Sequence record: OZ035785.1 | Length of the DNA: 64,000 bases | Source of the DNA: Tequatrovirus BCH953P2 | Reading direction: 5' to 3' (one strand) | Part shown: positions 34,689 to 45,923 of the stretch, piece by piece | How the letters are laid out: every line of letters starts with the position of its first letter | How positions within the stretch are numbered: position 1 is the first letter of the stretch | Notes under the pieces: model-generated | Databases searched by the model: none | What the model was told of the DNA's origin: nothing | The model's input: only the letters and a program-made list of their open reading frames with translations | Position numbers and translations under genes: made by a program

Positions 34689-35014
34689 TTAAACCATCCT
34701 TTAATACGCTGCCACAAAGTTTTCTGCTGAGCTTTGTTGACACCAATTGAACGAATAACTGGTTGAGATTCCTGAAATTCTTTATAATCATCAAGGTAAA
34801 TTTCGTAAGCTGCATCTGTAAATGAACTTATTGCTGCCATAAAATTATTGCGAATACCTACTGGAGCATCTTTACTTTCACGAATAATCATGTATTTACC
34901 AGTCTTAATCTTTACGATAGTTCCAAGATAAGCTCCGTGGTACCAGATGTCCCAACCCTCTTGAGTAGGTTCTGCGCAACGACGAAGTTCATTGACGATT
35001 TCTAACTTGTTCAT
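34685..35014 (-). CDS. hypothetical protein
   Basis: 109-aa ORF. Confidence 0.4.
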   Translation of the reverse strand: MNKLEIVNELRRCAEPTQEGWDIWYHGAYLGTIVKIKTGKYMIIRESKDAPVGIRNNFMAAISSFTDAAYEIYLDDYKEFQESQPVIRSIGVNKAQQKTLWQRIKGWFK

Positions 35015-35024
35015 TATTTATTCC

Positions 35025-35660
35025 TCACAGTTCAGATGCTACAGTGATTACAGCTTCAATGTTTTCTGCCGAGCGTTTAATGTCAAGATACACATTACCG
35101 TTTTTAGCGATTTTACATGACATTCCGATGTCAGTAAATTTCTGAATATGATGTTCCATCATTTTGTATCCAAAAATTCGCATATTTCCATTATTGTTAA
35201 TTTCAAAATTACGAATTCCGTGGGTGCGTTTTTCTAAAATAGCGAGATAGTTACTGCGGTAAGTTTCAACCTTTTTAAGAACAAATCCATTTTCATCTAA
35301 AAGTTTTAACATGAGGTCTTTATCTTCTTCCATATCAGAAGTAATCTCGCGAGCTTTACGAGTTGCTCGTTTTTTCAGCAGTTCCGGAGCATTTTCCTGT
35401 GCGTATAAAGTTGCTGCGTTTGAAATAATATCCTGAGCTTCACCTGTAATGATTAATCCATCACCAGATTTCTCCACCAGGCCTTTTTTAATCAATACCC
35501 CAATATTACTATTAACTACTGCGTTACCTAAATCTGGATGCACCTCACGAACTTCTGCAGCTGTAATGAAATCTTTCTTAGCAATAGTAATTAAAATCGC
35601 AGCAGTTTTTTCATTCAGAACATCGTTAGAAGCTTTGATGATGTAAGTTACTTTAGACAT
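35025..35660 (-). CDS. motA: middle-transcription activator MotA
   Basis: 211 aa; position and length as in T4. Confidence 0.85.
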   Translation of the reverse strand: MSKVTYIIKASNDVLNEKTAAILITIAKKDFITAAEVREVHPDLGNAVVNSNIGVLIKKGLVEKSGDGLIITGEAQDIISNAATLYAQENAPELLKKRATRKAREITSDMEEDKDLMLKLLDENGFVLKKVETYRSNYLAILEKRTHGIRNFEINNNGNMRIFGYKMMEHHIQKFTDIGMSCKIAKNGNVYLDIKRSAENIEAVITVASEL

Positions 35661-35764
35661 TTTCTAATCTCCGTAATTCTGTATCAGTAGTTGATAGTTG
35701 TATAGTACCACAGTATGCTTTGGTTGTAAACCGTTTTGTGAAAAAAAAAATTTAAAATAAAAAA

Positions 35765-35784
35765 GGGAGAGCCTCGGCTCTCCC
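35765..35784 (-). terminator. intrinsic terminator after gene 52
   Basis: gggagagc-ctcg-gctctccc with a long A-run on the plus strand. Confidence 0.6.
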
Positions 35785-35935
35785 TAAAATTACTGCATGA
35801 CTGTGATAACTGTCATGATAACACGTTGAATGCCGAACGCAAGAAGACCTCCTGCTACAGCTGGAACAACGCCTAAACCCGCCAGTAAAATGCTACCGGA
35901 TACTAATGCAGCGCTTGTAATACCTATGAATGGAC

Positions 35936-37264
35936 TCATTTGATTTCCTCTAAATCTTTGGTGTATTCTGTAACTACATCAGTAGTTTTCCAATATTCGT
36001 TTTCTTCTTTCTTAGCTTTAGCTTCTTCAGCAAGTTTCTTTGCTTCATCGGAAGTCATATGAAAAATATTCATTCCAACTAGTTTATCAACATAAGAAGA
36101 ATACATATCAACTTTCGAAAGTTCTTCGGTCAGTTCTTTACGAGTTTTACCCTGTACAACAATTTCACCTGAAATTACTTTCTTAATGAAATGTGCCTTG
36201 GCAAAGGCTAAACGAAAAGCTGACTCAGTTTCTTTGATTTTGTTATCAATTCGTTTTTGGACATAAGTTTTACGAACTTCAACAAAGTCTTTAATTAAAT
36301 CGACTACGTTATCGTAAACTTGTAGTTTTCCTTTCTCATTAATAACCGTAATATTCTGGGAACGACGCTCAATCAACCCGAAGTCTTTCATAATTTTTGC
36401 ATGGCGTTCTTCTTCATTATCGCTCAAAGAGTATTCTTTTCGGAATTTAACTTTGAATCCAAAACCATGCTCACCACAAGCATCATCCCATGTAATGAAG
36501 CCTTTATCTTCAAGTGGGTCTAAGATTTTACTCACGTAAGTTTCACGATCATACTTATACGGAATCTCAGTGATATGCATTTGAGTTCGTGAAGTAAACT
36601 TATATGTTCCGCGAATTTCATATTGACCATCAATTTCAACGACTTCACCACGAAATTCTGGGAATTCTACCTTCGGTTTAGTTACTTTCTTTCCTTGAAG
36701 AGCTTGCAGTACAGCTTTCTTGACAGAAGAAACACTATGAGGAAGAATGTAAGTTGCATAACCAGTTGCAATACCGGAAACGCCATTAAGAAGAACAGTA
36801 GGAATAACAGGCAAATAGAAAGCAGGCGGAATGTGTTCTTTATCTTGATGTACCGGAGCATATTCAGTATCTTTATATACGTTATAGAAATTTTTACTTA
36901 CACGAGCAAAAATATAACGACTTGCCGCTGCCTTTTGGACAGTACGAGAACCAAAGTTTCCTTGACCATCTAATAGAGGAAAGTTATTATTCCAAGTATT
37001 AGCCATCAAAGCACCTGCGTCTTGCGCAGAGTTTTCACCATGATGATATCCAAGGTCCGCTACACCGCCTGCGATAGAAGCGAGTTTGTGAAACTTATCT
37101 TTATTTCCTCGTGCCAAATCAAGAGCTCGAGCAATAACAAATCGTTGAACTGGCTTAAATCCGTCAATCATATTTGGGATAGCACGATTTTCAACCGTGT
37201 ACATAGCATAAGCCAATGCTTCATTATCAATGATACTTTTTAAATCGCGATTATTCAGTTGCAT
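35936..37264 (-). CDS. 52: DNA topoisomerase II medium subunit gp52 (GyrA-like)
   Basis: 442 aa MQLNNRDLKSIIDNEALAYAMYTVENRAIP. Confidence 0.9.
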   Translation of the reverse strand: MQLNNRDLKSIIDNEALAYAMYTVENRAIPNMIDGFKPVQRFVIARALDLARGNKDKFHKLASIAGGVADLGYHHGENSAQDAGALMANTWNNNFPLLDGQGNFGSRTVQKAAASRYIFARVSKNFYNVYKDTEYAPVHQDKEHIPPAFYLPVIPTVLLNGVSGIATGYATYILPHSVSSVKKAVLQALQGKKVTKPKVEFPEFRGEVVEIDGQYEIRGTYKFTSRTQMHITEIPYKYDRETYVSKILDPLEDKGFITWDDACGEHGFGFKVKFRKEYSLSDNEEERHAKIMKDFGLIERRSQNITVINEKGKLQVYDNVVDLIKDFVEVRKTYVQKRIDNKIKETESAFRLAFAKAHFIKKVISGEIVVQGKTRKELTEELSKVDMYSSYVDKLVGMNIFHMTSDEAKKLAEEAKAKKEENEYWKTTDVVTEYTKDLEEIK

Positions 37265-37268
37265 AAAT

Positions 37269-37409
37269 TTACCATACTAGTGAATGTAGTGCCATAATAA
37301 CATCAGAAATGAAAAGCACGACTTGAATTAATCCGAACATTATTCCGTAATATAATGCTATCAATAAAATAGCAAGGGCTAATGAATAGCCCAAGATTTT
37401 CTTAATCAT
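37269..37409 (-). CDS. small hydrophobic membrane peptide
   Basis: 46-aa ATG ORF below the track threshold; almost entirely hydrophobic. Confidence 0.35.
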   Translation of the reverse strand: MIKKILGYSLALAILLIALYYGIMFGLIQVVLFISDVIMALHSLVW

Positions 37410-37557
37410 TAGATAACAACACAAATGTTAAATATGCACACATACCCTGAGCTAAAGCTTGCGAAAACACACTGCTAGCATCGATACAGATAGTTAAAAC
37501 ACATGCTACTATCCAACAAATAAATGAAATAACTCCTAATAATTTTGCGATATTCAT
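37402..37557 (-). CDS. small membrane protein (ac/52.1-like), paralog A
   Basis: 51 aa from the ATG at 37555-37557 with GAGGAG Shine-Dalgarno; one TM helix. Confidence 0.5.
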   Translation of the reverse strand: MNIAKLLGVISFICWIVACVLTICIDASSVFSQALAQGMCAYLTFVLLSND

Positions 37558-37567
37558 AATATTCTCC

Positions 37568-37723
37568 TCAACTATTTTTAGAACCAATGTACGCGAATAA
37601 TGATAAAATCGCTAATACGCCCTGAGCTGATGCTTGCAAAAATACTGAAGTTTCTCCAGTTATTACTGTTCCGATGCATAAAAAGAACCAACAGAAAAAG
37701 GCTATACCGTGAACAAATTTCAT
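37568..37723 (-). CDS. small membrane protein, paralog B
   Basis: 51 aa; shares the pattern CW..SVF.QA.AQG with paralog A. Confidence 0.5.
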   Translation of the reverse strand: MKFVHGIAFFCWFFLCIGTVITGETSVFLQASAQGVLAILSLFAYIGSKNS

Positions 37724-37810
37724 ATTTTCCTCACTGGCGTCCGAAGACGCCTTTGGTTTTAAGATTGTTACGATAGAACTGCATCACATGTTCGTTATGG
37801 AAATTACTCA

Positions 37811-38269
37811 TTAATATGCCTGCAAAACAAATTTAAAGTTATCAGCCAACATACGGTTCATTTCTTCAAGTGTTTGATACTCAGAATGATGATTACGGGT
37901 AAACGCTAAAGCTAACTGTCCTTTTCCAAATCCCGTCGTCAGAGGTTTCATCTTAGAAGCAGGCAGATAAAATACTGTGTATGGAACATTGTTATTTGCA
38001 ATAGTACGCGCAAGCTGAGACCGACGTTGACGAATATGACTTAGAACTGCACTGAATCCTTGCTTAGAACGCTGATTACCTACATAAAATCGTGCAGACA
38101 CACATGGATTACTAAATGGACGACCATCTAATTTACTCACTAAAAAGTAAAATCCAGGTTTAGATAAAATATCTTTATGTGGAGTTCCCAAAAACCATTT
38201 ACCGTCCTTGATTGTACCAACGACAGTAGCACCTGCATTATTCAGATCAGTAACAGTCATGTATTTCAT
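37811..38269 (-). CDS. ndd: nucleoid disruption protein Ndd
   Basis: 152 aa [30 protein letters not shown] in the T4 ndd position. Confidence 0.7.
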
Positions 38270-38328
38270 ATTAATTTCCTCTAATTATTTTCTACTCCAA
38301 GGCCGCATGAATACACACGGCCGATAAA

Positions 38329-38544
38329 TTAATCGTCGCAGTCGACGCTCAATTCCCAGAACTCTTCTACGGTATAAGTTTCAGTATCATTTTCAATACA
38401 GAAACGTTCATTACTGTTGTTTGCTAAAGTAGCGTTAACTGTCATTTTCTCGCTAGTGCTCTTAAGAGGTGAAATACGAATTAACTGATCACCATTATCT
38501 AAACAAAAAATTTCACCAACTTTTACATCTTTAAAAATTTTCAT
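38329..38544 (-). CDS. hypothetical protein
   Basis: 71-aa ORF. Confidence 0.4.
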   Translation of the reverse strand: MKIFKDVKVGEIFCLDNGDQLIRISPLKSTSEKMTVNATLANNSNERFCIENDTETYTVEEFWELSVDCDD

Positions 38545-38659
38545 AATTCACCTCAAGGAGTATAAAATCCGAATGCAGTTGTCGACCATCCCATCCAATA
38601 CGGAAAATTTGCACCAATGTAAAACATGAGAATATAAAACCAACCGCTCAGCAAATTCA

Positions 38660-38857
38660 TCATTTTACACCATTCCAAATTGTTTCAACCACAGATTTCA
38701 AACCATTTTGGTGAATGTCCATTCCGACAACTACCATCAAATAAATTCCAACTACAACTGAACCTAAGGCAAAAATCAGCATGAAAATGAATAAAGCCGG
38801 AAAAATATTATCGAAAAACCATTCAATAAATGTAAAAGCACCGCGTTTACGCTTCAT
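38660..38857 (-). CDS. small membrane protein
   Basis: Trimmed to the ATG at 38855-38857 with GAGGA Shine-Dalgarno; one TM helix. Confidence 0.4.
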   Translation of the reverse strand: MKRKRGAFTFIEWFFDNIFPALFIFMLIFALGSVVVGIYLMVVVGMDIHQNGLKSVVETIWNGVK

Positions 38858-38864
38858 ATTTTCC

Positions 38865-38978
38865 TCACATAAATCCAAAGTAAGCGTTTAATACATCAAT
38901 CATTAAAACGATTGGGAATATACTCAAAACTACTAGTATTATAACTACATTCCATATAGCTTTAACAATCTTTTTCAT
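38865..38978 (-). CDS. small membrane peptide
   Basis: 37 aa from MKKIVKAIW with GGAGGA Shine-Dalgarno; the longer track version overlaps its neighbour. Confidence 0.35.
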   Translation of the reverse strand: MKKIVKAIWNVVIILVVLSIFPIVLMIDVLNAYFGFM

Positions 38979-39221
38979 TTTCTGTTCCTCCGTAGTTGAT
39001 AGGATAATAATACCACAGAGGAACAGTCTTGTAAACAACTTTTTTAAAAATATTCGTAATAAATGTGAATACCAATCACCACTGCCGAAACTTGCGCAAC
39101 CCACCATGCACAAGCAATAAGCACAGAATTCAAAATTTTCATAATAACCTCATTACAAAAGTAAATGTTAAACAAATTAATGGAATACTAATTAACCAAA
39201 TAAAACACCACCATAATGAAC

Positions 39222-39485
39222 TCATAGTTCAATCTCAGCGATTTTCATTTCATTACTATTAATAGCCGCTTTAAGACTATCTGAAAGAATTACATTCCAG
39301 TGGTCATTCATATGACCATTAACTAAGCGTGTAATTTCTTCGGGAGTTGAAAAATAAGGCGTATCAGACTCCCAATGCGATAGTCCCAAGCGAGTATAAA
39401 TCATGCCTTCATCATCGCTAGAATATTCAACTGACACAAACTCATCAGTTATTTTATGTTTAGCGTAATAAAATTTAAATTTCAT
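39222..39485 (-). CDS. hypothetical protein
   Basis: 87 aa from the ATG at 39483-39485 with GGAGGAG Shine-Dalgarno. Confidence 0.4.
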   Translation of the reverse strand: MKFKFYYAKHKITDEFVSVEYSSDDEGMIYTRLGLSHWESDTPYFSTPEEITRLVNGHMNDHWNVILSDSLKAAINSNEMKIAEIEL

Positions 39486-39559
39486 TTTTACTCCTCCGTA
39501 GCTGATAGTTGTATAGTACCACAGTCCTTGTGGTATGTAAACCGTTTTGTGAAAATTTT

Positions 39560-40117
39560 TTAAATGGAAAGATACCATCCGTTGTAGTTGCTTTTTCTTA
39601 CAACCTTACGAAGGTCTTCTCTATCACCAATGAACTTCGGAGTGTACTGGATGACACTTGGATGAATTTCTTTAGTGTTGAATATAATTATACAGTCAGC
39701 GACCTGATGATTCAGAATGGGCCCTAGATTTATTCCAGAACCATATGGATACTCTCCGCTGCATCCTGTTGTTACAGAAATCCAACGTGAGTCAGTTTGA
39801 TGTGTCTTAACTTCTACACGAAGCCCGCAGTATCTTGGATGCGCCAATACATCCCATGCATATGTATACGGGTCATTAACATCTTCTTGGCCTTTGTTAA
39901 CATACCCACTTAGCCAATCTGCTACAAAAAATTCTGCGTACACCGCGATACGACATCTTTCAATAACTTCTGCTTTATCCTGATTTGGATTTTGTTTTAA
40001 AGAGTATCTTGCTGTATCAGCAATTTTGACCTTCATTTCACTAGTCAAGTCACTGTTCGATAGGGTAAATGTCGGAATCTGAAATAGTCTCTGTAAACCC
40101 GGATTCGTTTTCTGCAT
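39560..40117 (-). CDS. denB: endonuclease IV
   Basis: 185 aa between ndd-region ORFs and rIIB. Confidence 0.75.
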   Translation of the reverse strand: MQKTNPGLQRLFQIPTFTLSNSDLTSEMKVKIADTARYSLKQNPNQDKAEVIERCRIAVYAEFFVADWLSGYVNKGQEDVNDPYTYAWDVLAHPRYCGLRVEVKTHQTDSRWISVTTGCSGEYPYGSGINLGPILNHQVADCIIIFNTKEIHPSVIQYTPKFIGDREDLRKVVRKSNYNGWYLSI

Positions 40118-40379
40118 TTAGACTTTCCTTTTTACCGCTGAGATAAGCGTTATATACTTTAAGAGTGCCGTAATAAATTCGGTCATTTTCATCTAAAGAC
40201 TCATGGTCAAGTTCATCGAGTTCCTTTTTATCCATGACTATAATATCATTGCAGTAAAGAAACCCAAGTTTTTCGTGACCAAACTCAAATTTATTGCAGT
40301 ACACAATATTAGCATGATGATTTCCGTGCAGTTTAATCTCTTTTATGTCGGAATCACCGATATTCATACAATAAATCAT
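40050..40379 (-). CDS. hypothetical protein
   Basis: 109-aa ORF overlapping the denB 5' end; start uncertain. Confidence 0.35.
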   Translation of the reverse strand: MIYCMNIGDSDIKEIKLHGNHHANIVYCNKFEFGHEKLGFLYCNDIIVMDKKELDELDHESLDENDRIYYGTLKVYNAYLSGKKESLNAENESGFTETISDSDIYPIEQ

Positions 40380-40417
40380 AATTTTTCCTTAAAACAAAAG
40401 GGCCGAAGCCCCTTATT

Positions 40418-40612
40418 TTATTTGAATTGTGCAATTCTTTTTTCTAAACAATCTGCGTAAGATTTCATTGAGATGAACTGTGAAAGCAGTAATTCTTGCT
40501 CAACTTCATTAATCGTTAGAAACTTTGTGCTTTCTAAAAATTTGCTCAGTGCATTAATTTTGAGCATTAATTGATCGTATTCTTCTTTTACTCGTGCTTG
40601 ATAACCTAACAT
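40418..40612 (-). CDS. hypothetical protein
   Basis: 64-aa ORF flanked by UUCG hairpins. Confidence 0.4.
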   Translation of the reverse strand: MLGYQARVKEEYDQLMLKINALSKFLESTKFLTINEVEQELLLSQFISMKSYADCLEKRIAQFK

Positions 40613-40640
40613 AATTTTCCTTAGTTAAGGGCCGAAGCCC

Positions 40641-41579
40641 TTATTTAAATTGTTCAGTAACGTCTTCAACTACTTCGTATTGGCAGGTACGCATTTTAGC
40701 ATCATTGTAATCAATCGGAATTGATACTACATCGCGAGGATGTACTTTAACTTTTACAACTCGACTGGTTGAACTGCCAAAGTGACGAATATAAGATTTA
40801 GAACACACATGCAGACCACGAGAACAAGTTTGTGTATCATCGTCATTCACACGAGTACGTGGCATTTTAACTACTTTACCGGGACTGTTATCAAAAGTAT
40901 TTGAATGGCAGTCAAAGTAATTACTGCGAACTACTTTCCAAGCATAGAAGTAACCATCTTCTGTAATTTCAATATCGTTTGCTACCAAGAAATCAAAGAG
41001 TCGAGATACCGCTTTTTGGCTCGGGTTTTCCAACAGATTTTCCAAGAACGGAAAATAAAATTCAAAGTTTTCGCCTTTTTCCATCGAATCGAGAATACGA
41101 TCAACTAAACCAGACCGCAATTCAATATTTTGATAGAACAAGCTTCCACCTTCAATTCGAACATCACCGGAAATATATTTTTCAACAGCGCGACGAACAT
41201 TAATTTTTTGTGCCGCTTCTTCCAATTTATCTGCAACAAGCAGATTAAGAATTTCCTGGAAGTTTGAATGAGTATTAGGAGTTGCGTTATAAGTTACACC
41301 ATCAACAGTAATTGAAATGAATTTTTTAGATGCATTCCAAATAATGTCAGATTTAGCAACTGGAGCAATAGCTGTATCGCTATTAACTTTAACCGTAATG
41401 TCACCGCTAATGGTAACTTTGGAGCGTTCAGCTTCTTCAGCATTTTTCAAAACACGACGGATTGTGTCAACCGATACACCTTGCCAATTAGCTAATTCCT
41501 GTTGGGTGTAATTACCACTTGAATACAGTTTAACAATTTCAGCTTGTTCGTTTTTGGTCAGGCATTTAATATTGTACAT
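40641..41579 (-). CDS. rIIB: rIIB protein
   Basis: 312 aa MYNIKCLTKNEQAEIVKLYSSGNYTQQELANW. Confidence 0.9.
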   Translation of the reverse strand: MYNIKCLTKNEQAEIVKLYSSGNYTQQELANWQGVSVDTIRRVLKNAEEAERSKVTISGDITVKVNSDTAIAPVAKSDIIWNASKKFISITVDGVTYNATPNTHSNFQEILNLLVADKLEEAAQKINVRRAVEKYISGDVRIEGGSLFYQNIELRSGLVDRILDSMEKGENFEFYFPFLENLLENPSQKAVSRLFDFLVANDIEITEDGYFYAWKVVRSNYFDCHSNTFDNSPGKVVKMPRTRVNDDDTQTCSRGLHVCSKSYIRHFGSSTSRVVKVKVHPRDVVSIPIDYNDAKMRTCQYEVVEDVTEQFK

Positions 41580-41590
41580 AATTTTCCTTA

Positions 41591-43768
41591 TTAGGCCGCA
41601 AGGGCCTTCATAGTTTTAGCGATTTGAGAAACTTCATCATCACTTAAAGAGTTGCGATATCCGATGAAGTCGGAAACAATACGGAATTTCTTGGTAAACT
41701 CAGCAACCATTTTATCACTGTTTTTTGAAGCATTATTTGATAATACATCAAAAAGATTAGTTACTGTCCAGATGTCATGACCGATGGTATCTTTTCCACC
41801 GTTGAAATATATACCCTGCAATGAACTAACCATATTACCAAGGCGAGTATATTCTTCAGAAACTTCATCTACACTGAAGTACTTCATCATAAAATCTAGT
41901 TCAGGATACTTAATAATTTTATCAATATATCGTTTAGCTGAACTTGAATAACCTACATACTTATCATAATCTACATCATCAAAAGCATCTACATATAAAT
42001 CACGCAAAGCTTCAAAAATACATTGGCACTGACCGAGTTCTTTTACTTTTTTCTGTAAAAGCGGACGAATAACATAAAATTCATTAATGCCAATAAGATT
42101 AGCCATACGAATCAAAATATTCATAGATGGATGACAAAGAGATGTAGTACCATCCATAGAGAAAATATCAGAACGATGCATATACGCTACATAACCAGTA
42201 ATTTCATCTGCTTCTGACGTAAGCGTAAATAGTTCCTCTTTTTCCCAGCGCCCGTCTTTAATTTCAAACTTAAATGCTGTAGCAGCTTTAGGACGAGGAG
42301 CTTTACTTTTAACTACCTTTGGAATATAGTTTTTAACTAAAGCTTCAATTTCTGACAAATAATGAATGTTAACTTCATCACTTTCAAACATTGCCATAAT
42401 ATCAGGGAGTAAATCAATCTGCGATTCTACTTCCGGATTAATAAACAGAAGACGCTCATTATGATGAATATTCAAAGTGTTGTTAAATTCTTTATCATCT
42501 AACGCATGCGCTAATCCACGGACAATATTAACACGATTTTTAATATTATCAATAACAATATTAATTTTTGTTGTATTAATACCAAACAGACGATAACTTG
42601 ATGCAACGGCTGAAGTTTCATGACTTTGCTTAATGCGTTTCAGTCGAGGGTCAAGATTTACTTCATACACAACTCCTGCATTGCATAACTTACTGTCAGG
42701 TTCAAACATGCTTTGCATCTTCTTATATGACAGATTTTTAGTCGTAAATTTGACTGAATTACTAATCATATAATCTCGAGCAGAATATCCCATCTTCATC
42801 AATTCACGGTATGTATGACGAGGAGATGTAGATTCTTTAAATCGTTTTACATCTTCATTGAATGCCTTCTCACTAAGCTCTTTAACACGCTCAATAATAT
42901 TTTTACGAGTACGATCATCTAGTGAAAGAGCTTCACGTGATGGAGCAATATCAAGTGAACCCATTGGAAACTTAATGTAATTCACTTCATTGCGGATGCT
43001 TAACCAGTTACGGTCTCTAATAACACCATCAATAGGATAAACAATACCACCATAGATAGCATATAATCCACCGCGATCTGGCCAGTATCTTTCTGGATTT
43101 ACACCGTAATAGTCATCAAAATCCGGAAAATAATCAATTTCGCGGTCAAGACCACTAATGATAGCTAAATCTTTGAATGGTCGCATGATATAAGAAACTT
43201 CATAAGCAAAGTTTCTAAAGTCTTTTTCTTCAACTGGAACTACGATTTCAATACCAGTTTTATCATCTGGACCCATTTCTTTTACAAATGTAGGTTTAAT
43301 TTGTGGACCATCGCCATCCATGTAAGCTACATAACCACGAATTTCGCCTTTATGATATGAAGTAATACTAAATGTATCAGTATAACTAAACGGAGATTTA
43401 GAACCTAAACCAAACCCACCAATGAAATCATTAGATTCAGCCTTAGATGAACTAAAGTATGAATTATACAACCCGGGAGAATTATCATCACCTTGAATAT
43501 CAAAATCGCTCATACCTGGACCAAAATCTCGACAAACAAATCGCGGATCTAATCGTCCTGGAACTTGAATGATAAATTTTTCAGGATTTCCATTGAGAGC
43601 ATGGGCATCAATCATGTTGGTAATCAATTCACGGACTACTGCGCGAATCTTGTTTGTATACAAGTCAGATGACAGAATTTTAAATACTTTAGGAGATGCT
43701 GTGATGCTAAATGCTTTTGATTTAGAACCATTACCAAGAATTGTTTCTTTTTCAGTGGTGATAATCAT
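41591..43768 (-). CDS. rIIA: rIIA protein
   Basis: 725 aa with N-terminal GHKL-type ATPase-like region. Confidence 0.9.
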   Translation of the reverse strand: MIITTEKETILGNGSKSKAFSITASPKVFKILSSDLYTNKIRAVVRELITNMIDAHALNGNPEKFIIQVPGRLDPRFVCRDFGPGMSDFDIQGDDNSPGLYNSYFSSSKAESNDFIGGFGLGSKSPFSYTDTFSITSYHKGEIRGYVAYMDGDGPQIKPTFVKEMGPDDKTGIEIVVPVEEKDFRNFAYEVSYIMRPFKDLAIISGLDREIDYFPDFDDYYGVNPERYWPDRGGLYAIYGGIVYPIDGVIRDRNWLSIRNEVNYIKFPMGSLDIAPSREALSLDDRTRKNIIERVKELSEKAFNEDVKRFKESTSPRHTYRELMKMGYSARDYMISNSVKFTTKNLSYKKMQSMFEPDSKLCNAGVVYEVNLDPRLKRIKQSHETSAVASSYRLFGINTTKINIVIDNIKNRVNIVRGLAHALDDKEFNNTLNIHHNERLLFINPEVESQIDLLPDIMAMFESDEVNIHYLSEIEALVKNYIPKVVKSKAPRPKAATAFKFEIKDGRWEKEELFTLTSEADEITGYVAYMHRSDIFSMDGTTSLCHPSMNILIRMANLIGINEFYVIRPLLQKKVKELGQCQCIFEALRDLYVDAFDDVDYDKYVGYSSSAKRYIDKIIKYPELDFMMKYFSVDEVSEEYTRLGNMVSSLQGIYFNGGKDTIGHDIWTVTNLFDVLSNNASKNSDKMVAEFTKKFRIVSDFIGYRNSLSDDEVSQIAKTMKALAA

Positions 43769-43778
43769 AATTTCCTCA

Positions 43779-43982
43779 TTAATTCATATTGCGTTTAATA
43801 ACTTCAGCAACTTCTAGTAGTTCATCTTTAGTTGCGGTGTCGGATTGAATTTTATCTCTAATATCTTTAAAGCGGTTTTTAAATTCTTCGGCTTCTCCCA
43901 TATCGAAAAAGCGTTGAATGATTCTATATTCTCGATGAACTGCTTTATCAAAAAGTTCTAAATTTACTTTATATGATTTCAT
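43779..43982 (-). CDS. hypothetical protein (rIIA.1 position)
   Basis: 67-aa ORF. Confidence 0.5.
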   Translation of the reverse strand: MKSYKVNLELFDKAVHREYRIIQRFFDMGEAEEFKNRFKDIRDKIQSDTATKDELLEVAEVIKRNMN

Positions 43983-44007
43983 TTCAATATCCTCATTTGC
44001 CCAATTA

Positions 44008-44037
44008 ATTATACCACATCCTTGTGGTAAAGTAAAC
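44008..44037 (-). promoter_or_regulatory. early promoter (-35 GTTTAC, 18-bp spacer, -10 TATAAT)
   Basis: Minus strand reads GTTTAC...TATAAT upstream of rIIA.1-rIIA; similar motifs recur upstream of many minus-strand genes. Confidence 0.6.
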
Positions 44038-45854
44038 TACTGGCTCATCCATTCTTTACGAAGGTCAGCATTATCTCCCATGAGCATTTCAAAAAGCTCT
44101 TTCCAGTTCTCAGGAAGTTTAACAACATCATATACTGGGTTTTGAATCATCTCACGATATTCAGATTTTTCCAAAGAGCCAAGTCCTTTAATATAACGGA
44201 TGCTATGTTTAGGTAGAGCATCTTTGGCACTCTCATATTCAGCGACTGTATAAAACCATTCTTGTTTTTTACCGACCTGAGCGATGATTACAGGAGTTTT
44301 GACAAAGCGAATTCGTCCTTGCTCAAACAATTCTGGCCAATTACTAAAAAACCCGAGCAGAGAAGGATAAATGCTTCCTAGGCCATCATGGTCAGCATCA
44401 GTCATAATAGCGATATTATGATAATTCAAGTTTTCAGCTTTTTCACCGAGAACTAATCCAGTGATTGCGCAAATATCAAATAGTTCTTTGTTTTTAAGCA
44501 TATCTGCATAAGACATACCCCAACTGTTGAGAACTTTACCGCGCAATGGATAACCACCGTGAAGTTCTTTATCACGAACATCAATAAGATATCCGATAGC
44601 CGAATCACCCTCAGTCAAGAAAAGAGTAGTGTCAGCATCTTTACCACAAAGATTCGCTTTGATATGTTTATGAACCTTAGCTTTAGAAGCCTTTTTAGCT
44701 GCTTTAGTTTCTGCTGCTTTTTCTGCCGCCAATTTACGAGCCAAAGCAGCTTCAATAATCGGCATTAGAATTGCTTCATTATTTAGAATAGCGCGTGAAA
44801 TCTTTTTAGCATCAAGTTGAATATGACTACGAATTTCGCCAAATGGAGAAGTCAAACGCTCTTTAGTTTGAGAATCAAATCGCATGTTTTTCATATCACG
44901 AACAAACATAACGATAGTCAAACATTCTTTAACACGCGCTTTAGTTACATCAATTTTGAACTTACGTTTGATTTGTGGAATAAGGTCTTCACAAATATCA
45001 TCCATAACACAGTCAATGTGATGGCCACCATTCTTAGTGTGAATGTTATTGACGTATGTTAATTGACGAAAACCATCCGGTGAACGACCAACCGCAATAG
45101 AACAATTTTCTTGTTCTTGAACGATAGCATGCTCATCATATTGGCGTGCATATTTCTTAAAATTGCCCTGAACCTTTTTACCATTAAAGGTAAATTGAAT
45201 ATCAGGATAAACTACTGCAAGTGTCTGGAGACGATCTAGTGTAATGTCAAGATAAACTTGGGACAGCTCATTAGTTTCAAATGACATAAAATCAGGAATG
45301 AAAGTAACACGAGTTCCTTTCCATTTTCCAGGAATAGTTTCCCATGATTTATTTTCCATGCCATTTGAACAACGAACTACAATATTATTTTGACCGTCGC
45401 CAGTTTCACCGACAAACATCACAGAAAAAATGTTTGTCAAACTAGAACCAACACCGTTCATACCGCCAGTGACGCGTTCTTTATCATCGCCGAAGTTACC
45501 GCCTGCTTTTGGAATAGTCCAAGCAGCAACAGGACCAGGAATTTCTTCACCAGTAGGTGTTTTAACCATCGCTTGTGGAATACCACGACCGTTATCTTCA
45601 ACTGTTACTTGATTGTTTTTAATAGTAACATTAATTTTATTTGCGAATTTAAACTTAGTACGAATACCTTCATCTACTGAGTTATCGATAATTTCATCAA
45701 TAAGCTTAACAAGACCAGGTACATACTGAACACTTTCCCATTTACCAAACAGAAAGCGCTCATGCATTTCATTAGCAGAAGAGCCAATATACATGCCGCT
45801 ACGCTTTTTGATATGTTCAATATCGCTCAGAATTTTAATTTCATTCTTAATCAT
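44037..45854 (-). CDS. 39: DNA topoisomerase II large subunit, uninterrupted (GyrB-like ATPase plus TOPRIM)
   Basis: Single ORF with TOPRIM motifs TEGDSA and DADHDG; about 605 aa from the second Met (606 with the first); no separate gene 60. Confidence 0.9.
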   Translation of the reverse strand: MIKNEIKILSDIEHIKKRSGMYIGSSANEMHERFLFGKWESVQYVPGLVKLIDEIIDNSVDEGIRTKFKFANKINVTIKNNQVTVEDNGRGIPQAMVKTPTGEEIPGPVAAWTIPKAGGNFGDDKERVTGGMNGVGSSLTNIFSVMFVGETGDGQNNIVVRCSNGMENKSWETIPGKWKGTRVTFIPDFMSFETNELSQVYLDITLDRLQTLAVVYPDIQFTFNGKKVQGNFKKYARQYDEHAIVQEQENCSIAVGRSPDGFRQLTYVNNIHTKNGGHHIDCVMDDICEDLIPQIKRKFKIDVTKARVKECLTIVMFVRDMKNMRFDSQTKERLTSPFGEIRSHIQLDAKKISRAILNNEAILMPIIEAALARKLAAEKAAETKAAKKASKAKVHKHIKANLCGKDADTTLFLTEGDSAIGYLIDVRDKELHGGYPLRGKVLNSWGMSYADMLKNKELFDICAITGLVLGEKAENLNYHNIAIMTDADHDGLGSIYPSLLGFFSNWPELFEQGRIRFVKTPVIIAQVGKKQEWFYTVAEYESAKDALPKHSIRYIKGLGSLEKSEYREMIQNPVYDVVKLPENWKELFEMLMGDNADLRKEWMSQ

Positions 45855-45923
45855 CACTTATCCTCGTTTGGTTTCGGGAATATTATACTCCGGTAATCAT
45901 AAAGCTAAAGGCCCGAAGGCCTT

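Noticed and set aside
44037-45857. Searched for a gene 60-type split and 50-nt bypass in gene 39
   Set aside because: The ORF is continuous through the TOPRIM region; no take-off/landing GGA pair with an intervening stop is needed.
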